From Felis catus (Eukaryota), in assembly GCF_018350175.1 (NCBI RefSeq), contig NC_058368.1:230580001-230644000 (forward strand): a stretch of DNA of 64,000 nt, written 5' to 3'. Positions 40,595 to 51,690 of this stretch are shown piece by piece. The notes below the pieces were generated by a model. The model saw nothing but the letters and a program-made list of their open reading frames with translations. It did no database searches and had not been told where the DNA came from. Each line of letters begins with the position of its first letter. Positions within the stretch are counted from its first letter, which is position 1. The position numbers were made by a program, and so were the translations under genes.

Positions 40595-41312
40595 TGTCGT
40601 AGACTCTGGGTCTGGAGTTCTGTCTTATCCAGCAAGAGAACAGATGCAGGATTGAAATGTGAGAGAGGCTAATGTCCAGGAGGAGATAAGAGCCCCAAGT
40701 CAGGGTCCTTGCTCCATTTTTATTAGGATCAGAAGGCTTGCAAGCATGATAGGCGTGCACAAAGAGACAATGAAACTGTGAACACTAATTCATGGGAATG
40801 AGGGGAAAAGGGGTTATTGAAGATATGCGATGTTTGGGGTTTGGGTCAATGCAAAATAAAATCCTGACACCAGGAACGAGGTGCCACCTCTGTTTACCTA
40901 AACTGCCTAGGGGAAAAGAAAGACAGAGCATGCTACCTCAGGGTCAACAAGGCACTCTTCTTTTGCTAATTAGCTGCGCTTTGGGCAACTTTGCCTTGCT
41001 GCAGTCTATAGCCCTGTTTACATGTTTACCTATTTTGGTCCTTCCGTCCTGTGAAAGCAGCTTTCTGCTATTGTACTAAGTTGGGGGACATTTCCACCCT
41101 GAATACCTAATCTTGTTTACCTCATTTTGGATGTTTCCATCCTGAGATTTCCTATTCCTATGCCTTTGTCCTATACTGGGGGCCTTTGTCCTGTTTACCT
41201 AATCTTGTTGTACCGAATCTTTGATGCATACATCCTGTGGCTTTCTATTTCTTTATGCCTTGTTAACCTCCATCGGTGCAAGCTCAGGGAATTCCTGTGC
41301 TTATTCCCCACA
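40595..41312 (-). mobile_element. Solo LTR, ERVK (class II)-like, 718 bp
   Basis: TG...CA termini (minus strand starts TGTGGGGAATAAG); 6-bp TSD ataagg (40589-40594) / ataaga (41313-41318); interrupts continuous L1 sequence; AATAAA on the minus strand near 40718-40723. Confidence 0.8.
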
Positions 41313-41343
41313 ATAAGATTCCAGTGTCTACTTGTACACATGT

Positions 41344-41344
<1 letters not shown>

Positions 41345-41373
<29 letters not shown>
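41345..41373 (+). repeat. (CA)n microsatellite
   Basis: Perfect CA run within the L1. Confidence 0.95.
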
Positions 41374-41377
<4 letters not shown>

Positions 41378-42380
41378 CCATAAGGCATATAAAGAAAGTA
41401 TGGCTCGCTCAAAGGAAAAAAATAAGCCGACAAACCTATCCCTGAAAAAGACCAGATGGCAGACCTACTAGACGAAGACTTTAAAGCAACTATGTTAAAG
41501 ATGCTCAAAGAACTAAAAACTGATGTGGAGAAAGCCAAGCAAATGATGTAGGGATAAAATTGAAATATTATTAAAGAGATAGAAAATCTAAAAGGAAATT
41601 TAAGAAAGGAATTCTAGAGCTGAAAATTACAATAACTGAAATGAAAACTTCACTAGAGGGATTCAGAGGTAGCTCTGAGTAAGCGGAAGAATCCGTGAAC
41701 TTGAAGACAGGACAGCTGAAATCATCAAATCCTAGGGATGGAAAGAAAAAAAAATGAAGAAAAGTGAAAATGTTGCAGAGCAACATACACATTGTGGAAG
41801 GCGTCAGAGAGATTATTTGAAGAAATAATGCCTGAATACTTCTCAAATTTGATGAAAGATGTGAATATAAACATCCAAGAAGCTCAACCAGCTCTAAGTA
41901 AGATAAACCAAAGGGACCCATACAGACACACATAATCGAATTGTCCGAAGACTAGGACAGAGAGTATCTTGAAATTGGCAAAAGAGAAGTGACTCATCAC
42001 ATAAAAAAAAAAGATCCCCATTAAGATTATAAGCAGATTTCTCATCAGATTCTTTGGAGGTCAGAAGGTAATGGGCTATATTTTCAAAGTGCTGAAAAAA
42101 ACCTATCAATCAAGAATCCTATATTTCAAAAGTGAAGAAGAAAGACATTCCCAGGTAAATAAAAGCTGAGGGAGTTTGTCACTAGAACTTTCCTACAAGG
42201 AAAGGTAATCCTGAAATTTGGAATAAAGTGACTTAAAGCCATATGAAGAAATACAGATCTTAATAAAGTTAAATACAGGGGTAATTATAAAAGCTAGTAC
42301 TATTATAATGACAGTTTGTAACTCCTGTTTTTCATGTTTTCTACATGATTTAAGAGACTGATGCATTAAGAAAAACATTC

Positions 42381-42620
42381 TTTTTTTTTATTTTTTAAAA
42401 CTGTTTTGTAAATATTTATTTATTTGAGAGAGAGGGAGAGAGTGTGCACACAAGCAGGTGAGGGGCAGAGAGAAAGGGAGAGAGAAAATCCTAAGCAGGC
42501 TCCACACTGTCAGCAGAGAGCCTGATGTGGGGCTCAATTCCACAAACCATGAGATCATGACCTGAACCGGAATCAAGAGTCAGACACTTAACCAACTGAG
42601 CCACCCAAGCACCCCCCCCC
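42381..42620 (-). mobile_element. CAN-SINE within the L1 inter-ORF region
   Basis: Full body with poly-T. Confidence 0.93.
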
Positions 42621-43100
42621 AAAACAATTATTTTATGTTTTTTGGACATACGATATACAAAGGTGGAATTTTGTGATGTCCATCACTGAAAAGGGTGGGG
42701 GTAGAACTACATATGAGCAAGTTTTTATATGTTATCGAAGTAAGATGTTATAAATTTAGAGTTTTATAATTTCAGGGTATTAAACGTAATCCCCATGGTA
42801 ACCACAACAAAAATAGTTATAGAATATATACAAAAATAAATAAGGGAATTAAAACATTTCACTATAAAAATAATCAAATAAACACAGAAGAGACAGTAAT
42901 GCAGGAAATGAGGGACAAAAAAAGCCATAATCTATATACAAAACAAATAGCAAAGTAACACAAGTAAGGTCCTCCTTATCAGTAATTATTTTAAATATAA
43001 ATTGATTACACTCTCCAGTCAAAAAACAGAATGGCAGAATGGATTTAAAAACATGACCCAACTATAGGCTGTCTATAAGGAGACTCACTTTAGATCCAAA

Positions 43101-43762
43101 TGTTGCGGTTGAGAGAGAGTCTGTGTCATGTGGATGGAGATCTCGATCCTTGGAGTCCCCACAAGATTCACATGGGCGTCTCCACTCAGAATAATGACAG
43201 CTAGAAGGAAATTAGCACCAACCAGTTTATTAACATGAAAGTACACTCTCAAGGTGGGAGAGCTGGGCATGAGGTGGAAATGGCCTCTAGGGTGTTTTGG
43301 GATTGGGTGTTACTGGGTCTCTCCGGACTGGGAGGAGTGTGACCTACAGTGGGGTGGTCTCTAATGGGGACTGTTTCCAGTGATTTGGGAGATTCCTTCC
43401 ACAGGTTGGGAGGGGGAATTTTTGACCCTACAAGGTTTGTAGAGGAGCTGTCATGGAAGCCTTCCTCCATTGGTTGGGGCTGTTCCCACAATGCAAATGC
43501 ATTATAATGAGTCTAGGGATTACCCTGGGGCAGAGGTGGAAGAGGAGAGCATGTGCTCTGCACCTGTTCTGGCTCTCTGGTCTGGCAGCCCCGAGGTCTT
43601 GGAAGCCACAAGGTCAGGATGTCGTGCCCTAGGACTTCTACTGTGTAGCTTATTTGTCACCATCCTTGCCTTCAACTCGTGTCTCTGTCATTCCCCTTCA
43701 AGGACTTGGGACTCTGCCCCAGGGTGTTCCTCCCACCACTCAGGTCTAGCTTCTACCTAACA
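43101..43762 (-). mobile_element. Solo LTR, ERV1 (class I)-like, 662 bp
   Basis: Termini TGTT...AACA; exact 4-bp TSD caaa at 43097-43100 and 43763-43766; removing it restores L1 ...tttagatccaaagacataaacag...; AATAAA on the minus strand at 43226-43231. Confidence 0.82.
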
Positions 43763-44020
43763 CAAAGACATAAACAGATGGAAAGTGAAACAAGAGTTGT
43801 ACACCCATGTTCACAGCAGCATTGGTCACTCTAGTTAAAATGAGGGGGCAACTCAAGTATCCGTCAACAGATGAATGGAGAAGCAAAATGTGGTGTATGC
43901 ATATATGGAACAGTATTCAGCCTTAAATAGGAAGGGCATGTTGACATATGCTACGATATGGATGAAGCTTAAGGATACCATGCTAAGTGAAATAAGTCAG
44001 TCACATAAAGATGTATACTA

Positions 44021-44217
44021 GGGGCATCTGGGTGGCTCAGTGGGCTAAGCGTCCAGCTTCAGCTCAGGTCATGATCTCATGGTTCGTGAGTTCGAGCCCC
44101 ACACCGGGCTCTGTGCTGACAGCATGGAGCCTGCTTCAGATCCTCTGTCTCCCTCTCTCTGTGTCTCTGCCCCACTTGTGCTCTCGCTATCTCTCTCTCA
44201 AAAACATTTTTTAAAAA
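44021..44217 (+). mobile_element. CAN-SINE within the L1 3' end
   Basis: Full body; degenerate flanks aagatgtatact / aagacatatgct. Confidence 0.93.
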
Positions 44218-45212
44218 AGACATATGCTGTATGCTTCCACTTGTATGAGGTACTTAGAGTAGTCAAAATCATAGCGATAGAAAGTAGAATGTTAGGGTGT
44301 TATTGTTTAATGATAGAGAGTTTCAGTTTTGCAAGATGAAAACAGTTCTGGAAATGGACGGTGGTGATGGTTGCCCAATATAGACTTACTTAATATCACT
44401 GAATTGTATACTTAAAAGTGGGCAAGATGCTACATTTTATGATATGTGTATTCTGCCACAGTACCAAAAAAAAAAAAAAGAAGAAGAAGAAGGAGAAAAA
44501 TTAGAAAAGAAAAGAGTAAATTTAGAGCATCTTGGCAAAAACTCATAGGGCCAGGCTTAGCAGCCCCAGAAACAAAGAAGTGAAAGAGGTGTTAAGGCCT
44601 CAGTTGAAGGGGTCATGATGCTCCTGACCCAGCACTGCTCTCCATTCCAGCCGTTGTTAAAATTATCTTTTCTCTAACATTGCTTTGAGAGAGATTTAAG
44701 TTTAGAAAGATATGTGAGTCGTCACAAAGACCAGCTATCCAGCGGACTCTATCAATGATCAAAAGAGATACATAATCAATGTAGGAAGGGACTCCAGTGA
44801 CTTCTGTGATGTCGGCCACCTTACAGCGGCTAGACCACAAAGCACTGCTCAATATTGCTGCCACCAACGGGGAACCGAGTAGTGGTGCACAGATCAATAC
44901 CACAAATAAACTTAGTCCTGAAATGGAAATAGAAGCAGAATCATAAGCAGACAGACAACCCAGGAGCAGAAGCAGCCAGCAGGAACGGAGCCCTGTGGCG
45001 CCGTCACGAAATCTCCACCAGCCCTCGTCTGCACTTGCTCTGCAGAGACTGCCCTTCTTGGACAGCACAGTTGCTCAGGTCCCCAATTCCGTCTGCGCCT
45101 TTGTGGGCCCAACACTCTAAACGGATGATTCCAGAAAGAAGCATTCTAAAGAAATATTTTTATTTTTCCATTTTTTAGAGATTGTGAATTTAGAAAACTA
45201 GCTCAACAAATC

Positions 45213-45421
45213 TTTTTTTTTTTTAAGAGAGAGGAGAGAGCGAGAAAGAAAGAGAGAGCACAAGCAGGAGAAGGAGAGAGAGAGAGAATATGAATCTCAA
45301 GTAGGCTCCATGCTGTCCACGCAGAACCTGACTCAGGGCTCCATCTCACAAACTGTGAGATCATGACCTGGGCCAAAATCAGGAGTGGGATGCTTAACTG
45401 GCTGAGCCACGCAGGCACCCC
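45213..45421 (-). mobile_element. CAN-SINE
   Basis: Full body; TSD caacaRatctt. Confidence 0.93.
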
Positions 45422-46794
45422 ACAACAGATCTTAAACACTTCAGTGTTTAAAGGGAACACACAGAGACACAGGTAGGCACACAGGTGCATGGAGGAAAGG
45501 GTATCAAAGTTACAAGGCTACAGTTAGTCTGTCATTGATGGAAACTCGGGATATTTCTTACACACTCATAGTATCTCCGCTGGTCATTTCATTACCAGAA
45601 TTGCACACCAGAAATAGTGTTATTTTCATCAGAGATGAGGTAACTTAGAAGAAATGACCCAAGTATGCGTCTCTACCAGGAACTTGAGCAAAACGGAGCA
45701 ATCTGTTCATTGGCAGTGGTGTTGGTGGTGGCGGAGTTGTGTTTTGTTTTGTTTCAATCTGAGGGAGCAGCGTGCTTTTCTTTTCTTTTTCTCACATGCG
45801 ATTCTACGACAGTGGCTACTGGGGAGCACAGTTCTTGCAAATGGAGGCAGGCCAAAGCATCCACTTGGCTTTCACAAATCTGGGCGTCTTTGGAACCTGA
45901 TGACCAGTGGGGTCTCCCTGATGGAACCTTGCTGTGTTGTTCTCCCGTATCACATATCAGGTTAAATAATTCTGCGTGTTTTTCTTTGTGCGAAGAAAGT
46001 ACGATAGACTCTAACTTGTCCACTATTATTAAAAGTTTTAAATTCACTTGGTTTTCACGACCCACCTTGTTGTTCCAGCGAAAGACTTCTGACCCCTTTT
46101 TCCTCCGTTCCCCCACCACCACCAGTGTTTCACGTGTCAGTTTCATCCTGGGATTCTCCATGATGGCTGGCTGCTGTCCTGTCCCTGACCCACAGCCACC
46201 TTTTTGTGGTCACAAGTCCTCGTTTTTGTTCCAAAATATTACAGTTGCCTGTTAATTGAATCATTCTATGAATGAATCATTCTGTGACTTTCAGTCTGGG
46301 CTGTCCCATTCACTTATTTTTAAACCAATCAAATCCAGAGAAAGGGGGAGTGGCTCTCTCTGCATTGGTTGCTGATGCCACTGGCCTTTCCATGGCCTCA
46401 TCTCCCGTGCCTCCTGCCAGACTCAATGCCAAGGTGACACCTGTCTGCTTATGATCTCCTTTGCACCCACATGCATCCCAATGCACCACAAGGGCGCCGC
46501 TGGGCTCCAGGTGTCCTTGACATTCCAGACCCATGAAGAACCTCCAGTATTCCTCCTCCAGGTTCCTAAGGAGATGCCATCCATCTGGGCATCCAGCCAC
46601 GCTCCTCCTTAGCCTGTGAAGAGCCTTCCCTCTGTCCATCTCTGTCTCTGAAACCAAACTGAGACAAAACAAAAACCGACCTGATCCCCTTCGTGGTGTT
46701 AGACTGAAAAACTTGCAGTTTGGCTCACCTGCCTCACAACTTTTTCTCATTGCCTCTGTGGCACAAAAATTAGTTCCTAAAGAAGGTTAACTCC

Positions 46795-47075
46795 TTTTTT
46801 TCTAATGTTTATTGATTTAGAGAGAGGGAGAGAGAGTGCAGGCAGGGGAGGGGCAGAGAGAGAGGGAAAGAGAGAATCTCAGGAACTCCTTTTTTTCTAA
46901 TGTTTGTTTGTTTAGCACAAACGGGGGGGGAGGGGTGCAGAAAGCGAGGGAGAAAGAGAATCCCAAACTGACTCCATGCTGTCAGCTCAGATCCTACTGA
47001 TGCAGGGCTCCATCTCATGAACCTGAGTCAAAATCAAGAGTCGGATGCGTAGCCGACTGAGCCACCCAGGCACCT
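46795..47075 (-). mobile_element. Composite CAN-SINE: 3'-half unit (46795-46883) plus a fuller unit (46890-47075)
   Basis: Two successive tails, each preceded by aactcctttttttctaatgttt; outer TSD gaaggttaactcct / gaggattaactcct. Confidence 0.88.
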
Positions 47076-47613
47076 GAGGATTAACTCCTCTTACCTCCAA
47101 AGAAACCTCAGACCTCAGAGACCCAGAAGCTTGACTGGGGGGCAGAAGAGGGAGTACCTCTTATTTATTGGTAGCAGCAAAGGCTTCTTAGCTCTTTCTA
47201 ATGCTTAGAAACTCAGGGAACAAAAAAAATATGCGACATTGAATAATTATAGGCAAAAGCCACCTTGTGCTGTAATGCTCAGAATTTCAGCAGAAGTTCA
47301 GAGAAACAGAGTTTTATTGTCAAGAGAAAGACTACACGTTTCTCCAAACTTCATTCTTTCTATTCTGAAACCTTCCTTCTTGCGGTACCAGAATTCTCTT
47401 TGTAAGATATCAACTTGGTCTTGGAGCTCCCCTAACCTATAGAACAAAATCTGAATGCTGACTTCCCATGTCAGTCCCTCCATGGTAACCCCAGTGCAGT
47501 CTCCCTTCCCTGGACTTTTGTTATTAGCCTGCCACACAAGGTCACTTATGGCTGTAATTATTCTATGCTCCTGTTTTCTCTTTTCCCCACCCAATTAGCC
47601 TCCAAGTTTCGGA

Positions 47614-47658
47614 ACACACGCACATGCACACACACACACACACACACACATACACACA
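47614..47658 (+). repeat. Imperfect (CA)n microsatellite
   Basis: acacacgcacatgcacacacaca...tacacaca. Confidence 0.92.
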
Positions 47659-49689
47659 GCTATTCTTGCTGTGCAAATTTCACATGATGACAGGATTCAA
47701 GTTCTAGTATGAGAAGACATCTTTTCTCAGAAGCATAATCGAAGGCTAAAACAACTGTATGCCCTTTAGAGAATTAACAAACTTTGTCTAGAGGTTTTCC
47801 CCTCTATGGAATGATTTTACTTGATTTGTTTCTTCACTTGGATGGTCAAAAATTTAGACTAAAGTGTATGCCTCCACATAGACTAAGAAATAGATATATG
47901 AAAAATCTCCAATTGTCCAGTGAAATGTCAGTGAACTGTATTGGAAATATTAGAAATAAAATCATTCCAACGGGTTTCCTTGACAGGTTGTGGTAGGTAA
48001 TATATGGCGGTGACTCCTATCATTCTTCATGGAATGGAAAACAGTGTTTATACAGCGTCGTGGGGCAAGCGGGGGAGGCTGCTCTGGGAGGAAGCAGTTG
48101 CCTGTGTCACCTGAATGTTAGGGGGACACCTTGTATTTCATTCACGGCTCTTGGATTTGGAAAGCATGCAAAATGAAACACACCTTCAGATTTATCTGAG
48201 ATAACTTTTTAACTGACAGTAACAACAAAAACTGGAAAATGCTGCAGCCGAATCTTCTCTCTCTTTTCATTTTTGCTTTCAACCTCAGTGATGTTCAAGG
48301 TCACAAACAGTCTTCCATACTCCGTCAGGAGCGTGAATGCCCCTGTATGCCCAGTGAATGAAATAGCTTTCTGTTCCCTTCCTCTATCACTTCCCTTAGG
48401 AAGAAAAATTTTAATCCATCCCCCCATTCATCCATCTTCTCACATCTGTGGAACTCAGATTTGCCTTACGATATAATCTCTGGGGGTTAATGACCTGATG
48501 AAGCCCCGGCATGCTGAGCTCAGCAAAAGGAAAATCTTAGCCAGAGCCGAGTGTGATTTAATGATAAATACATACAGCAAGTTGCTCAGAGAACTGCCCA
48601 TGCACAAAGGATCTTCTCCTAACTATTTTAGATATTGTCTTTAGAAAATAAATATGCTACGCTTGGGGGTTTTCAGGCAAACCATTTTTGTCAGATACTT
48701 CTCAGCTACCATCAAGTGAACGAAGACATTTTCCTATTTCAGTAATTTAGACATCAGCATTTTTTTTGGCCCAAGCTAAAATAAGCCACCTAAACATAGG
48801 ATAAGAGCAGATACCAAAATGACATGGGCCTATGTTTTATTTATTAATGCCTGGAATGGAGATGTCATTGCCTTCTCCCATGAGTTCCCTTTCCTTACCC
48901 CAGGCACCTCGCACTGGAGGATTAAACAGCAGAAGAGGCTATCCTTTAGGGACACGTATGGAGGAAAAGTATTTCAAATGGCTTTCAGGAGCTAGCTAAA
49001 TATGTCTAATTGGGGGATAGGAGACAAGGAAGGGATTTTAATTTGGACACGTGCCAATTCCATCTGAAAAATTTAAGAACAGCCAACTTTGCTACAGGCA
49101 CTCATTTACTTAGTTCCAGAAGTAAATTAATGGAACAGAATTGGAAGCTGCAGGTGGGATGAATTAATGTCTTGCAGGGTTATTGGTAATGCCTAAAATG
49201 CTTTGTAAACTAAAAGTACTCCATAAAGATGTCATTATAAGTACCTCTATCATTGAGAGCAGCAAGATTAATAATGATGAAGCAAATTAAGGAAGCAAAG
49301 TTGGATTTTATTTTCTTTGTTTTTCACACAAAGGGGAATGTGTCAAATTAGTAAGTGTTATATGGTAGAACCAGACAATAAATCCCATCAGAGAGACAGG
49401 TGGATCATTGGGTTACCAGAGTTCCAAGGACACCTAGTTATACATCATTTGTAAAGCCTCTCTCCCTTGCTTTGAGTGTTTCTCTTTGTTTTATAAGGGC
49501 CAGAACTCGGAAGTTACGTATATGATCATGCTGTCCATATGTTTGTGGTTTGACTCTGACTTGTTAAATAGTTCAGGCCCCAACGTAGTTCCCATCAAGG
49601 TATTTTTGATGTGATGTTCAAATACCATATGTTTTCTTGACTTCAAGAACCATTGACAGCTCACATCTACAGAGTCCCACATCCTCAGT

Positions 49690-49830
49690 ACTCCTCGTGT
49701 TTTACATACTTCACACACTTTTACTCATTTAATCTTTGCAACAGCCTTGTGAGATAGGTACCGTTAGTGTTCTTTGCTGTACAGGTTTAAAAAGCCTAGG
49801 CTGACAGTCATGGACTAACTTGCCCAGAAA
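49690..49830 (-). mobile_element. MIR fragment
   Basis: actcatttaatctttgcaacagccttgtgagataggtacc...aacttgcccaga (reverse-complement MIR core). Confidence 0.7.
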
Positions 49831-50067
49831 TTCTATCCCACATCCATCAGAAAGTCCATGCACTCACCATGAGGGAAAAACTGTTCTCTGTATGGGTTCA
49901 GTGACCCATGCCCAGCAGAGCAGTGACCCAACAGAGAATTTTCAGTGATGAGAAACAGACAATAATGCATTAATGTGGCCTCTTGTGTTCTCGGTTTTTC
50001 TCCCCTGTTCCTACCATCGCCTCTCCCCTCGTCTTCCATTTTGGCCTCATTTCAATTCTTCCCTTGA

Positions 50068-50295
<228 letters not shown>

Positions 50296-51641
50296 TAAGT
50301 CGGACGGTAACTTCATATCACTGTGGAATGGGTATTGGTAGAATTGGCTCTAAGTATACGCAGCATCCATTGGTTATGGGTAACATTGTTGAATGTCATT
50401 GGATATTCAAGAGGAGGGAAATAGCAAATGGTTTCCAGGCTTCCCACCCATGGTGAAAGCTGATTTTAACTGGTAGTCTTGGTGACTGCCATGATACTGG
50501 AGAGATACATTTGACAATCCAGCATGCATACACTAGGAAAGACAACCCGCTTAACCTGAGTATGTGAAAGTGTTTTGTGGCTGCTGTTCCTTTGTGGTTG
50601 CAGGCCCGGGTGTTCATGATGGATCCACATCCTTGTGCCCTTTCCCTCGTCAGCTGTACAGAGGAAGCCATGCAAGGAGGGTGAGGGAGCACACAGTGGG
50701 GAGCCCAAGAACTCATTGCTGACCTGCCATCCTTCCATGCTAGCCATGCGTTTGAGGCAAATAGTTTAATTTAACAAGTCACTGTGCCTGTCCTTTCCAG
50801 TCTAAAACTGAGGAAGGGGCTGCCCTAATATCCAAGAAGTGATAATCAAGTCTTAAAGCATGAATAGAAATTCTGCAGAGGGGATGGTGGTAAGGAAGGA
50901 CTTCTACACTAGTGGAATAAAGAAAGATAAGGCTCTGTGTCTGACGAGCTGCACTTCCAGGAAATGGAAATGTCCCCCATTTGATTTAAGAATCAATGGT
51001 ATCTTGCTGCATGCAACCAAAACATATCTTCAGAAGCCAGGGTGTCAGTCTGTCAGCAAGCTGTCAATGTTACAGAAACATTCACAAACCTTAATTAAAT
51101 TTTGCCTCCTAGAAATCCCTCAATGTAATCAATGAGATTAAGAGGGTAAACCTTTTGTTACCCAAGGTCTACTTCTTGACTTTCCACTCCCTGCCTCCCC
51201 CCATTTCTTCACAACTAAACGCCAAATAATTTTTCTTCCATTATTAAGGGCTGTAAAGGATGTACTTTGAGACTATTTGGAAATTCTGTCTCATTATTTC
51301 ATTTGATTCAGGATATTACCATTGTATAATAAAAGAAGTCTCTGGTTTCTGGTTAAGAGCTTCAAATAGGTTCAGTCAACAACTTAGTATTAGGATTCAA
51401 ATACTTTTTTATATCAAATAGAGAGGCCCCACTGGACTCATGCAGTAATGGTGCCATATAGATAGTTGGCTTGAATTGTATGTTATTATATTGTACTTAA
51501 AATAGATTGCTATTCTACATAAACATGAAACCACATGGTTTTCTTCTTCATAGAGCTTCTGTAGAACTTTGGAATCTCTAATTGAAATGCTTACCCGTTT
51601 TGAACATTAAGAGCTTAATATGTCAATGCTTTTTTAAGCAA

Positions 51642-51642
<1 letters not shown>

Positions 51643-51688
<46 letters not shown>
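51643..51688 (+). repeat. (CG)4(CA)19 alternating purine-pyrimidine microsatellite
   Basis: Read directly from the sequence. Confidence 0.97.

Positions 51689-51690
<2 letters not shown>

Larger units (their letters stand above)
39875..44511 (+). mobile_element. Ancient L1 (L1M/L1MB-like) with 5'UTR, ORF1, inter-ORF, ORF2 start, large ORF2 deletion, 3'UTR and A-tail; carries nested insertions
   Basis: ORF1 relic DEDFKATMLKMLKELK at ~41471. Endonuclease-region relic acccaactataggctgtcta..gagactcactttaga at ~43055-43095. L1MB-like 3'UTR (gtttcagttttgcaagatgaaaacagttctgga). A-tail from 44466. Degenerate TSD 39859-39874 / 44512-44527 (13/16). Confidence 0.85.

Noticed and set aside
44613..45068. 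151-aa minus-strand ORF and a 45-aa plus-strand sORF (ATG 44809, MSATLQRLDHKALLNIAATNG...)
   Set aside because: Superficially protein-like but no recognised homology, no pyrimidine tract before the nearby AG, and no promoter or retrocopy hallmarks. A tBLASTn/PhyloCSF check would be needed to revive it.
45665..46255. Longest ORF in the track (196 aa, +), with overlapping 103- and 135-aa ORFs
   Set aside because: No recognisable domain, S/F/C/L-rich composition typical of translated intron, and no splice framework linking it to CTNND2.
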